DNA of 62,167 nt, filler included, from Stramenopiles sp. TOSAG23-3 (taxonomy: Eukaryota): NCBI GenBank assembly GCA_900128585.1. It is 14 parts of 14 records of this genome, joined end to end, with 100 filler letters (N's around TTAATTAATTAA, not from the genome) between each part and the next. Parts side by side here need not be neighbours in the genome. Positions count along the whole stretch, not along the records: positions 1 to 4,375 come from LT643855.1; positions 4,476 to 8,849 come from LT643856.1; positions 8,950 to 13,310 come from LT643857.1; 11 more parts are not named here. One strand, given 5' to 3'. The notes under the pieces were generated by a model. The model had not been told where the DNA came from. It saw only the letters and a list, made by a program, of their open reading frames with translations, and did not search any database. Position numbers and translations under genes: made by a program. Below are positions 1 to 10,989 of the stretch, in pieces. Position 1 is the stretch's first letter. The number at the start of each line of letters is the position of its first letter.

Positions 1-462
1 AAGAAGAAAAGGAGAAGAAAGAAACGATTCAATCACACGCCGGCGCAGACGAACACCGTTCATGCACGTTTGGATGACCAGTGGATGAAGCATGGGTCTT
101 TCGGGGCGAAAGACGGTGGGCACCGGGACAGTTACCTGGAAAGCGATACTCGCCGGCGCTGCCAAAACAAGAAATCGTTGGCTGAGCAGATTGAAGACGG
201 TCGGCGCGCCATAAACGAAAAGTACAAAGCATTAGAGAATAACCTCCTGTTGAACAAGCAGAAGCACCATGCCGATTTTACCAAAGGCGTCAGCGCAATC
301 GGCAGGCAGCCGAACGCTCGGCGCAAAAAGCTAGGGCGAACTGCCCCGAACTTCAGTTTCAGCAACGTTCCACGACAGCATTACTCGGAATCGTTATTCT
401 ACACCCCAGAGAGCAACATACAGAACAGGAAGGAAAAGCACCCGTACAAACCGACGCACTGA
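1..462 (+). CDS. Hypothetical protein, 5'-partial (C-terminal end)
   Basis: Frame is open from base 1 to TGA at 460-462. GC-richer composition drops to AT-rich after the stop. No recognisable domain. Confidence 0.55.
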   Translation, partial: KKKRRRKKRFNHTPAQTNTVHARLDDQWMKHGSFGAKDGGHRDSYLESDTRRRCQNKKSLAEQIEDGRRAINEKYKALENNLLLNKQKHHADFTKGVSAIGRQPNARRKKLGRTAPNFSFSNVPRQHYSESLFYTPESNIQNRKEKHPYKPTH

Positions 463-606
463 CGAGATGTAACATTTTATACGACTACCATCAACGTTTC
501 AGAAGGATGAGAAGATTACGACGAAGATTTAACTAAAATAATTGAACACAATATGCATTTAAGAAATACGAAATAATCACTTTAATTTACTAGACCGCCT
601 TGTTCT

Positions 607-3600
607 TTATTCAAAATCGTCCATATCCGAATCAGTACCCTCGTCTGAACTACGGATTGCTGAGGCGTCACTATCTGATGTTACGGCTTCATCTTCCATT
701 CTATCCATAGAAGCTTCCGAATCTTCATTATTCTCAGATGAAACATCTTGGTAATCATCCGCAGTTTTAGAATATCGTGACAAAATTTCCCTAGAAACAA
801 ACTCAATTTGCAATAAATCGTTTTTCTGCTGGACTTCTATTTTCCCATCGGTACGAAATCCCAATATTCTACCCGATTGATTGTTGTATTGGACCAACTC
901 TCCAACCATAAATACGTAGTCTTGAGGAAAGCTATCATCTTCAAATTGTGGAGACGACCATTGGTGGCATGCAATTTTGCAATATCTTGGAATGCGAATA
1001 ACACAATTGCCCTGTACCAGTCTCCTCTACGAGAATCTTCAAGCATCACACTAGCACTTAAAATTCGATGGCAATCAAGTATCAGTTGTGCCTGGTACGC
1101 AAACTCATCCCACGTCTCTGGCAAATAAACGCGTTGGATAAGTCTGGCAATATCTGGACGATGACCTTCAAAGATATCGACTGCAATACATTTAGCTGCT
1201 ATGCGCCAAACTCGCCCATCGTCCAGAAACAATAATTTGCGTTCGAAATCTATGCAGTAAATCCTCCTATCGCTTTCTATCAAACGAAACCCATTTGATC
1301 TAGAGAGTTTGGAATTTGCAATCGAAAGCTGGATATGTTTTTGGCATGCTTTTGTGGGTGGAACGAATTCACATAGTGCCGCGGGAAAAGCATTTATTCG
1401 AATGACATTTGATACGTTGTCTATCTCTTTATTAATTTGATTCCCTTCTTTGAACCTGATTTTATAAGTTGAATCTGAATTTATTCTGATAACTTTTCCT
1501 TTTTTCCAATCGCAATCAGATACATCGCGGTTAATTACAGTTGGGTCTCTGCAAGACCATGGCGTTGCAAGGACAGTACTCCCTTTCTCAATATTTTTCA
1601 TACTTCTGCACGGATCAAAAGCTCCGCTACCACAGCACGACCAATGCGCTCTTCGGATTAAAGCCATACCATGAGAACAGCAAAACGATTTTACTCCATC
1701 ATCGCTGTCCTTTTTGCACCATTGACGACCTGTCACATCTCTCCATTGTCCCTCATGTCCTAAGACCGCAGGAAAGTACTCGTTCGCTGCACCTGAATAG
1801 TCACAGACTCCATCAAAATCATTCTCGTCTGTCCCCTGATCGTTTTCAACCGAAAGCAGTTCCCCTGGTACCAGGGAACGGATTACTGTGCTGGAGTAGC
1901 ATTGACTGCACAATGGTGCAGTTTTCACAACCAAGAAGTGTGCGTTGCGATCGTCTTTTTCATTTGCATACGACGGCCAAAACCGGCTTCTCATGTCCTC
2001 TACACAGCTATTCTTTAAACTTAGATCATTAGGGTTTGCCCCCACAAGAATCCATCCCTGTTGGCCGTCTGCAGATCTAACTTTTACCCAAGCCTGAACA
2101 CCGAGGCCTTTAGAGAAAGCTGTCACTTTGTGCCTCTTTATACCACTTACAACATAGCGTTTGTCCGTCAGCAAAGTTAAGCGATTGTTCGCAGTTTTGG
2201 AAAGAACAACACAATTCCTGTTGGCTAGTCTTATAAACCCTTTTGGCTTCGTTCGTAGCTTTTGATGTTCTCGAATGCCCCCTGTCACATACTCATATTT
2301 CATTTTCGGAAATTTATAAGTGCAGATACTACCTGGCCGAAGACATCCCGTTGGCCCATAATCAATGCACCAAGACTTGAACGCTGTTGTCAAGTTTGAC
2401 TGTAGCTTTTTCCACGTTTTCCAGTCTTTCTCAAAGTGTAACTTAGATTCTAATGCCTCTTTTTGGCATTTCAGCCCCACCAGTTTTGCTTGATATTTTT
2501 TCAGTTTCTCGCTTTCTACACTTAGTTCTCTCAATTTAGACGTGCTGCTTTCTAATGATATATCTTTGAATTTAACTCGTCGTAGCGACACGTCCGATTC
2601 CACGTAATCTTTTCCTGTGTAGTTGACACTTACAGAGAAAAGTGTGTCTTGAGAACTTGTTTGTATTGTCGTCACTGTAGCGTCATGGGATCCATCGACG
2701 ACTATTTCATCGCCAATAGTTACACCACGCGATGCAGGGCCATCATACAATTTGATTGCCTGCTCCAAGCGCTCATATTTTTGGGCACTTTCACTCACAA
2801 CACTGGTGCTCTCCGCGATTAATTTAGTGATTTCTATCAGCATTGGTTGTTTCTCTAGTGTATGCATAAGTGGCGCTCGTGTGTATAGCATAGCCTTACC
2901 ACCGTGCGCAAGTTTCCAATCCAATTCCACAACAAAAACCCCATCATTCCGAGGCACGACCAACTTTCCTTTCCCTAAGGGTGTAGTTATAGGATATTTT
3001 TCCCGATGAGCAGTGCCATTTATATCCCCGGCAGCGAAATTAGTTTCTGCAGCATTCACGGAATCTTCCCGAACAAGAGCACAATTTAATGACATTGTTT
3101 CTTCCGGAAGAAGTCCGTTCCACATGGGATAATCCGACCATTTTTTGCTGCTAAAACCGCATCTGGGGCATGCATTATTAGCTTCGTGCATATGTGTCGT
3201 CATGTTATTGCAATTTAAGTTTACCATAGGACCAAAGTTGCATTTTGGACACATTCGTCCGTTTGGTACCGCTTTTTTAAGTTCGATTCTCCTTTTCAAT
3301 AATTCAACCCGTGGATTTTTGGAATCATCGCCACTTTTTATCGCGTTGAGCAGATGTTCCTGTGTATCGCTAACTCTTTTACTGCATTCTGTGGCGTGAA
3401 TTAAAGTTGCTAAAAACCGACATGAGCCAGCGTTGTTCAATAAATTCAAAATCTCATGGTCTGGATAAAAATCAGCACTGCAATGCCCGGACTTTACAGC
3501 AGGGCAGTATATGTGCCCTTCGCGGAAGAATAAGTCCTGAAAATCAAACTTAGAACCAGCATGCCGTGCTTCGTTCAAGTTTTCAAAAGTACATAGGTTT

Positions 3601-4049
3601 ACCCACTCCTTTAAACAAGTCGTGCAAGTAAAGTGTTCATTGCAGCAGGAGATTCCATCATTACTGCCTATCTCCTCTACGCAAATTTGACAAGTTTTTA
3701 TTTCCTTGGGGAATGCGGCACTACTTTTACGAACAGTTTCAACGCCATTTTTGTTCGAAAGTATCAGACCCTTTAAACGGTCTTTCTCGGAGAATGATAT
3801 ATTGCCGGCAGTGAAAGCGGTGCTAATTTTGTCTAGCATAAACATAATTTCTTCCTTGTCCGCCCCAAATTTTTTTTCAACAAAACTAGCTATATTTTCG
3901 TGACCATCATTTCCAGTTTGTTGACGAAGTAATGGCAAGACATTCCCCTTCTTCGACAGTTTTGTAAAACGTTGTTCAGTAAAATATTCAATCTTCTTAA
4001 TTCGTGGGGCAACCGGTGCCAATTTCCCAGTCTTTTTCGGAGAAGGCAT
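607..4049 (-). CDS. Large multidomain RBR-like (RING1 + RING2-like) zinc-finger protein with Tudor/SH3-like and WWE-like segments; apparent frameshift near 970
   Basis: ORF 837..4109, first ATG at 4049 (MPSPKK). Contains CQIC-x11-CCNEHFTCTTC...CPAV...C (RING1-like), RMCPKCNFGPMVNLNCNNMTTH...CPRC...W (RING2-like), a HEGQW...C...CCSH...HWSCCG Zn motif and WKKGKVIRINSDSTYKIRF (Tudor-like). Overlapping ORF 607..909 with an acidic tail looks like the true C-terminus. Confidence 0.65.
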
Positions 4050-4274
4050 TTCGGTGATGAGGGGAGCGGGGGCAAGACCAATAGTTTCTCGCGGTGGAAA
4101 AATAGTCAAGAGGGTTTCCTACGAATCAAACTATTTTTTGGAGTAAAACAAGAAGATATCTGTTAAACATTTATTTTGATTTTGCAATTACTTTGTTAAT
4201 TATTTTTCAGAATATCTGGTGGTTTAAAGTTTAAAGTAGTCCTGGGGCATACTAATTATTATTATTTTTTTAAG

Positions 4275-4312
4275 AGAAGAAGAAGAAGAAGAAAGAAAGA
4301 AGAAAGAGTCGA

Positions 4313-4375
<63 letters not shown>
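4275..4375. repeat. (AAG)n/(AAAG)n microsatellite at contig end
   Basis: Direct reading; the assembly breaks inside the repeat. Confidence 0.95.
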
Positions 4376-4475
4376 NNNNNNNNNNNNNNNNNNNNNNNNN
4401 NNNNNNNNNNNNNNNNNNNTTAATTAATTAANNNNNNNNNNNNNNNNNNNNNNNNNNNNNNNNNNNNNNNNNNNN
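4376..4475. other. Artificial contig linker N44-TTAATTAATTAA-N44 (first of 13)
   Basis: Equivalent 100-bp linkers, with stops in all six frames, at 4376-4475, 8850-8949, 13311-13410, 17764-17863, 22216-22315, 26665-26764, 31110-31209, 35551-35650, 39992-40091, 44432-44531, 48869-48968, 53303-53402 and 57737-57836. Contig lengths never increase along the window. Confidence 0.99.
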
Positions 4476-4543
4476 CCCCCCCCCCCCCCCCCCTTAAATC
4501 TCTTTCAATCTCAGAGCCAACCCCAGCGGCGGAGCGGCAAAGC

Positions 4544-6331
4544 ATGGCCTACCTTAACAGGAATAGAATAGTCGAGGAAACCATTAACCTCATGGAAATA
4601 AAATTCTCAGAAGACAGGGGCACTCATTTGCGACGGTTTTCGAACAACATTGAGTTTCCAGATTTGAGCATTCCGTCTAAGAATGACCTGGCGGTCGAGG
4701 CCCATATATCTCGAACAAAACGAGCAACGCACCGGCCTACCGTCTCCAAGGTGACCGTATCCAAGGATATTGGCAACAGAAGAATATACAAGGAGAACAT
4801 GGAGAGGGGCAAGAAAGTGTTCGGTCACGCCATAGACGACATTGGGCGGAGCTCGTACCTTTCCCCTAGCATTCGCAAAGTGCACCATGGCAACGAAGGC
4901 AAACTGACCCAGGGGGACGTCCGAGAAAAACAGAAACAGTCCATTCGGAAAACCAAGGAAGTCCCCGAAACCTTTATGTCTTTGATCGAGAAACCGAGGA
5001 AGGCAAAAGAGTTGCCGCCCCCACGCCTGACCAAAACAGTGCTCAAACGGCTAAGTGTTCATAATGTTATTAAAAAATCAACAGACGGCATTGACCGTGT
5101 CCCGGAAATCTTGAAAGAGCGGCACAAACAGAATGCTGCGCCCGCAACCCCGGACCATTTCGTCTTCGGCCGCCGCTTGAAAGACAGCCGAAGGGTTTCT
5201 TACTTGCCGCTAACAGCCCAGAAAAAAATTCAGAGGAACGACAAAGCCGAGCGAATGGAAAGGGACAAAAATTTCATCAAAAATTCCCGACGGATCTCCG
5301 TCTGGAAGAACAACTTTGAAAAACGGGTACAGGACCGGCAGACGTCAAACGTTCCTCAAGTTGATGTTCGCATCGGAACAGACAGCGAGTCCGGCGCTCC
5401 GGAAGATACGGACGATTCTAGCGACGAAGACATGTTTTTTGACGTGGAGGAAATTCCGCAAGACAAGCACAACTTGCTCTCAAAAAGCGCGAGGGCGGGA
5501 AGGTCGGGAAGCCCGTACCGGCCCTCTGCTCTATCTAGATTTAAAAAATTTGCTCGTCTGGGCAGAGCTTCGGCCAAGGCGTTCACACGCACAAGCAGCG
5601 AGAGCCCAGCGCTGGAAGAATCGATGGATTTTTACGACCCCAAGGTTCGGCGCGCCAGTGATGACTCGAGCGAGTCTGGCGTAAATGTCATACCGAACGC
5701 GGCGAAAGCAGAAAACGAAGGCAAAACGTTTCACTCAATTGATGACGCGGAAACCCCGCAGGCCCCCGAAACATCAGCAGCCGAGAAGAGCTCGCCGACC
5801 CATCTCTTCGAGGCTTACGGAAAGAGGGTCCCCGAAGAGATGGAAGGAATCGTACAGCATGCCCCTGCGCGTCTCGTTTGTTGGGGAGCAGTAGACAAGA
5901 AGCGGGACAGAGTGTTTCTGAAAGAAAAGTGGTCTCGGCAGCTCGCCTATCTGTTCTCGTGCAACGAAGAGAAGGAAGTAGAAGAAGATGGCGAGTCGGC
6001 AAAGTTGTGCGGCGCTATCTTGCTTACAGACGACAACCATATTCCTAGGTGCTTCATTCCCATTGATTCCGAATCCGTGCTGTGGAAGCGCCACAAATCG
6101 TATGTAATGTCCCTCTGCCGCTACCACCAGGGATCGACAAAGAAAGTTAAACGGAACCATGTTAACAAAGAGTGGGAGCACGACGACTCGTTCCTGTACT
6201 TTGAGCACTTGGCAAACAAACGAAAAGCAAATATGCCCATGCGGGTGATGGACCAAGCGGACCTGGCCATGTGGAACCATGCACTCGAGACCGTGTTGAA
6301 ACCGGGAAACGTGCGGTTTCGCTCGAAGTGA
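4544..6331 (+). CDS. Disordered basic/acidic protein with C-terminal PH-like domain
   Basis: 595-aa ORF. The C-terminal part starts LVCWGAVDKKRDRVFLKEKWSRQLAYLF (PH beta1-beta2 pattern) and ends DLAMWNHALETVL (PH terminal helix with Trp). Confidence 0.6.
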   Translation: MAYLNRNRIVEETINLMEIKFSEDRGTHLRRFSNNIEFPDLSIPSKNDLAVEAHISRTKRATHRPTVSKVTVSKDIGNRRIYKENMERGKKVFGHAIDDIGRSSYLSPSIRKVHHGNEGKLTQGDVREKQKQSIRKTKEVPETFMSLIEKPRKAKELPPPRLTKTVLKRLSVHNVIKKSTDGIDRVPEILKERHKQNAAPATPDHFVFGRRLKDSRRVSYLPLTAQKKIQRNDKAERMERDKNFIKNSRRISVWKNNFEKRVQDRQTSNVPQVDVRIGTDSESGAPEDTDDSSDEDMFFDVEEIPQDKHNLLSKSARAGRSGSPYRPSALSRFKKFARLGRASAKAFTRTSSESPALEESMDFYDPKVRRASDDSSESGVNVIPNAAKAENEGKTFHSIDDAETPQAPETSAAEKSSPTHLFEAYGKRVPEEMEGIVQHAPARLVCWGAVDKKRDRVFLKEKWSRQLAYLFSCNEEKEVEEDGESAKLCGAILLTDDNHIPRCFIPIDSESVLWKRHKSYVMSLCRYHQGSTKKVKRNHVNKEWEHDDSFLYFEHLANKRKANMPMRVMDQADLAMWNHALETVLKPGNVRFRSK

Positions 6332-6438
6332 GAGCTAAGCTTTACACTTTTTTGAATTATGATACACTTAACTCTTTTTAAAATTATTAATAGAGGATAT
6401 GTACAACTCGAACCCTTAAATGCCTCTCGCGGTTATCC

Positions 6439-7701
6439 CTATACCTCTTTCCCGAATGTCGCGCTGGTTTTCATGCTTCTGTACAACGCTTCATATGGGG
6501 CGAGGTTTTTCCAACCTTTGGAACTAAACACTCCAATGTGTTGAAACAAACTTGGAATGCAATAGTAACGTGATAATTTCATTTGCACCGTCCAACGGTG
6601 AAGAATCATATCGATGGCGAAAGATTCTTGTGCGTTTGATCCCCTTGCCAATGCCCGGAACGCCCGGGGTTTGCGCAGACGCGCGACTGTTGTCGAAAAG
6701 TAGTCTAAAAACGCAGGGATTTTTTCTCGAAAAGGGAAGACGGTGGCGACGGTATTGCTGTCGACGGCACCCCAAGGAATTTGATGGATGCCTTTTACAA
6801 ACGGTGGAAAGACGTATTGCTTCCCCACGAGTTTCAGCATTGCCACGGTAAACAGAGCCAAAAGAACACTTTCACCGACGCGGGAAACGGATACAGCGCG
6901 TCGCGACAGCGAGCATTTTTTCTTGCGAGCGTCGTACCGGGCGAGCCAAAGCAAGTACCACACAATTCCAGTGCCAGAGCCGATCAAAACCATGAGCGGA
7001 ATGTCCCTGTTTTCCCAACCGAAATATGCTTCGGACGCAAACAGTTTGATATAGAACGCACTTTTGTCCGCTTCGACGACTTTTTTTGCTACATCGAACA
7101 CGCTTCGAAACAGCAATGGGGAAGCGAGCGCGTCATCTTCGATTATCAACGTCACAGGGGCATCCGTCATTTTGTAGCAGTGTCGAAGCGCACGGCAATA
7201 GTCAACCGATTCCTCCCGGATACTCCCCAAGTTGCCAGTTCCAAAGGGTCGGACCCGTCTATTCCACCTATCGACGAACGGTCTTACCGTGGCCTCGTCC
7301 ACTATTGTTTGGCTGTGCGCACCGACTGTTACATTTGCCTCGCTCGAAATGACGGCCACGTGCGAGTTCTCCCTCTGCGTGACCGACATCCTTGAAAGAA
7401 CAGAAGCCACGGACTGTACGAAATACCGCTGATTGTAGTCCATGTACCTCGGGGAGACGACGAACGCGACGCAGAGATTGACCCGCCTGCCTCGGCCCTT
7501 CGGGTACGGGCCGTTCTTCGTTTGCGACTCAAAGTAAGCGACGGAGCGTTTCACCCTTTCCATATTATCCCGATTAGCTTTGCCTACATCTGGTTTATAA
7601 AAGAAGGAGTACTTCTTCCCTCTACCCAAATAACACACAAAAATGCTAACGCACAGGGTGAGGGTAAACAGGGCACGGCAGCGAACCCACGCTCCCACCA
7701 T
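6439..7701 (-). CDS. PGAP4: PGAP4/TMEM246-like GPI GalNAc-transferase (GT-A fold with inserted TM hairpin)
   Basis: N-terminal TM, DYCRALRHC...LIIEDDA (DxD-like), YIKLF, two internal TM helices and C-terminal PSLFQHIGVFSS. Motif order matches PGAP4/TMEM246. Confidence 0.75.
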   Translation of the reverse strand: MVGAWVRCRALFTLTLCVSIFVCYLGRGKKYSFFYKPDVGKANRDNMERVKRSVAYFESQTKNGPYPKGRGRRVNLCVAFVVSPRYMDYNQRYFVQSVASVLSRMSVTQRENSHVAVISSEANVTVGAHSQTIVDEATVRPFVDRWNRRVRPFGTGNLGSIREESVDYCRALRHCYKMTDAPVTLIIEDDALASPLLFRSVFDVAKKVVEADKSAFYIKLFASEAYFGWENRDIPLMVLIGSGTGIVWYLLWLARYDARKKKCSLSRRAVSVSRVGESVLLALFTVAMLKLVGKQYVFPPFVKGIHQIPWGAVDSNTVATVFPFREKIPAFLDYFSTTVARLRKPRAFRALARGSNAQESFAIDMILHRWTVQMKLSRYYCIPSLFQHIGVFSSKGWKNLAPYEALYRSMKTSATFGKEV

Positions 7702-8091
7702 TTTTCTGTATTTCTTCCTCCAATGCCGAAACTATCTCATCACACAGATCCCGTACAAAACGTAACAATAGGGGAGATGAAATGCGGTAGGAAATATTTT
7801 TGGTTGAAGATTGTTCCGTTGATTTTCTGTGGAATTAATTATAATGTTGTTTGTTTGTGATACAGTGTTTTCTATAGTCATAGTCGTCTGGTTGTGTTTT
7901 GAATTTTGATCTTCTAAAAAACAAATACACCACCACCACCACCCCCACCAATAATAATATATTTTTTTTGGTGGTGATTGATTCCTTCGTACTACCTCGT
8001 AGTACGGGTAGATACAGGTATTAATACAAGGGGTATAATACGAATAATATAGGTACGGTACCAGGTACCAGGTACCGATAAAATATATAAT

Positions 8092-8849
8092 TTACTCATG
8101 AAAGTAACCGCGGCCAGAGTATAACCTACGATTGACACCACGAAAGAATGGAGCAAGTTCTACATTGTCATTGTCGTCTTCCATCTCGTCTAGTTCTGAA
8201 ACGTCATCGCCATCTTCCATCTCGTCAAGTTCTGAAACGTCATCGCCGTTATCCATCTCGTCTAGTTCTGAAACGTCCTCGCCGTCGTCCATCTCGTCTA
8301 GTATGGACATTGTCCCGACATCGTACCGCGCGGGATCTTCGTCAATCAATCTTCTTTCAGAAGGTTTCATCGGTTTGTAATTTGTTCCGCCTACCCAGCA
8401 GCAACGCTGGAAACGCCAAGGGTCAGGTTTTCCGCATTTAGCCAGTGCGGATGCTCCATTGCCCCCACCAACGCCCGCACCATGTCCAGAAATAATATCT
8501 GACTTGCTAAATCTATACAGTTCACTTCTAGACATCTTTGCCATCTTCCATCCCATGTTGATCGCGCATGTCATGTCGTCTTTGCACGAGTTGCAGAAGC
8601 GAGTGAACACTGGTCGTTGGCAAGCTTCAACAAAAGGGGGGTTCAAACCCCAGCTTCGACTCACCAACCTTTGAAATGCCCGTTCACCGCAATACTTGTG
8701 ATCTTTGTCAAGATGGTTGTTTTTGTAGTAACGGAAAAGTTTTACTTTGTGCATCTTAGCTTCTTCACTAATCGCCTTAGGGACAGTGACGTCACTGGAC
8801 AGTGGAGGAGGAGGAAGAGGCGAACGCACTGCTGGCGCCAGAGGTCCAT
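8092..8849 (-). CDS. Hypothetical Cys-containing protein with acidic 11-aa repeats, 5'-partial
   Basis: Frame is open to the contig end. Pro-rich start, Cys-rich middle and about four copies of (S)ELDEM(D/E)DGDDV. Confidence 0.55.
8176..8302. repeat. 33-bp coding tandem repeat (about 4 copies)
   Basis: tccatctcgtc(t/a)agttctgaaacgtc... recurs at 33-bp spacing. Confidence 0.9.
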
Positions 8850-8949
8850 NNNNNNNNNNNNNNNNNNNNNNNNNNNNNNNNNNNNNNNNNNNNTTAATTA
8901 ATTAANNNNNNNNNNNNNNNNNNNNNNNNNNNNNNNNNNNNNNNNNNNN

Positions 8950-10557
8950 CCAGAAAGCGAAGTCGCCGACGACGAGAACAAGATGGACGTGGACGAAGAC
9001 GGGGAGCAAGGCACCGCCTCCGTCAGCGCCTCCGGCACCGACAAACTGATTCTGTTTCAGCGCAACGGGGTCGCAGGCGCCCGCAAGATTGCGTTCCGAC
9101 GCAACAAGGTAAGTACACCATATGCACCCCTCAACCCTCCTCTTCCCCGGGTTTCTCTCCCAAAGCACTCCATGTGTAAGGTCGTTGATAGGATGTCAAC
9201 TCCCTAAGGAATCAGTGCGAGATATACGTGGGGGAAGCCCCTTCCTGCGTAATACATTTAGGTGAGCTTGGCCATTTCTACCGAGACCATCCATGAACGC
9301 GCAGGCACATCTAGCCTCCCCCCCTTTTTTTGCCCACCTCCCCTCACAAGTACACGTCGTCTAACACAATATTTAAACAAATTTGAACAATAGCCCTTCA
9401 CGCTTGAAGCGGCGTATACGGATGCAACCAAGACCGGGGCAACCTTCCCCGGTGGCAATCAGCAGCTTGCAAAATTCGTAATTTCAGGCATGCCCGAGCA
9501 AGGTGCAGGTGGGGAAGTCCCGCGCATCCGTGTTTACTTGAAACAGGATGTTAGTGGTGTGGTGCGAGCCGAATCTGCCCTCTACATGGAGGAAAAAGTC
9601 GACGAGCCCGAGCCAGAACCCGCAACAACCGAAGAAGGGAAGAAGGAAGGAGAAGAGGCCTCGAAGGAAGGAGCCGAGGAGGGGAAAAAGGACGCAGCAG
9701 AGGGCACCGAGAGTGCCGATGTAGAAGAGCCGCCGAAAAAGAAAAAGAAGCGCTACAAGCGGGTTAGCTTGAACGTAGAAGCGACCTACTTTGGCGCAAC
9801 TGCCCGCTCTACCATCATCGACCACCAGTCCCGGGAAGCGAACCTTGCGAACACAGACAGGCTGATCCGCGAGACGAGTGACGCCAGAAACGATTTGGAA
9901 ACTTTCGTCTACGATTTCAGGGACAAGTTGGATCGCTCTTTGAAAGCATTTTCCACGGAAGACGAACGCTCCAGCCTTAACGATCGTTTGGCAAAAGAGG
10001 AAGACTGGCTTTACACGGACGAAGCGGATGAGGCAAAAAAGGCGGATTTTCAAGCGAAGCTGAAGGAACTGAAAGGGCTGGTCAACCCCATCGTTCTTCG
10101 TGAGTCGGAAGCAAACGGGCGCCAAAATGCCTGCAACGAATTGCGCAAGTTGACGGAAGAATTTTTGCGCCTCGTCAATGGTTCGGAGGAGAAGTACGCT
10201 CACTTGACCGATGAAGATCGCGATGAAGTGCGCAACTCCTGCCACAGCGCACAGCAATGGCTATCCGATGAGCAAGAGAAGCAAATGAGTTTGCCTTCCA
10301 ACGTCGACCCATCCTTAAAAATTGCTGACATTTCGAACCGTTGGTCAGAAGTCAACAAGAAGTGCAAGCCAATTGTGAACAAGAAGAAACCGGAACCGAA
10401 GAAAGAGGAGGAGCCGGCCAAAACGGAAGAAGGTGCTGCCGAAGGCGCAGAGGCAAAAACAGAGGAAGCGGCTAAGGAGGGAGAAGAACCCGCAAAAGAA
10501 GGCGAGGAAGCATCCAAAGAGGAAAGCACCGAAGGTGAGAGTACAAAAATGGACTAA
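8950..10557 (+). CDS. Hsp110/SSE-type Hsp70-family nucleotide exchange factor, 5'-partial, two exons (8950-9108, 9394-10557)
   Basis: ETSDARNDLETFVYDFRDKL, EEDWLY, acidic insertion loop and KPKPE-like tail, typical of Hsp110. The intron joins RKIAFRRNK|PFTLEAAY in frame. Confidence 0.9.
9109..9393 (+). other. Spliceosomal intron, 285 bp, phase 0
   Basis: GTAAGT donor at 9109, CTAAC branch point at 9361-9365, TAG acceptor at 9391-9393. Removal restores the reading frame. Confidence 0.9.
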
Positions 10558-10989
10558 GCAGGCTCGTCCAGGTAGACCCCGTGTCCACCATGCCGACGCA
10601 CTCTTTACTTTTACGCACACATTTCCTCCTAATTCGTAAGAGTGGTTATGTACGTTTTAACATACAAAAGTAGAGTGTGCACATACGCCTCAGAGCTGCA
10701 TTTGTTAAAAAGCAAAACTTCAAAAAAAAGCTAAATTTTCGTAAAAAGAATAAAAAAAAAAAGAGAGCCACGGTTTTTATTTTTTATTATTCAATTATTA
10801 AAAAAACATAATCAATACAGTACGCTTTAAGACTCTCCCTTTAAAATTAGAGTCATATATTAAGAAGCATACTAGATGTAATTTGTTTTTTAAGAATTCT
10901 TAACACTTCGTTATAAGTACGGTAAAAGGACTAAAATGATCTTTTTGTTGTTTGTTTTAAATTTACCCACACCATTGCTCTGCCATTTT

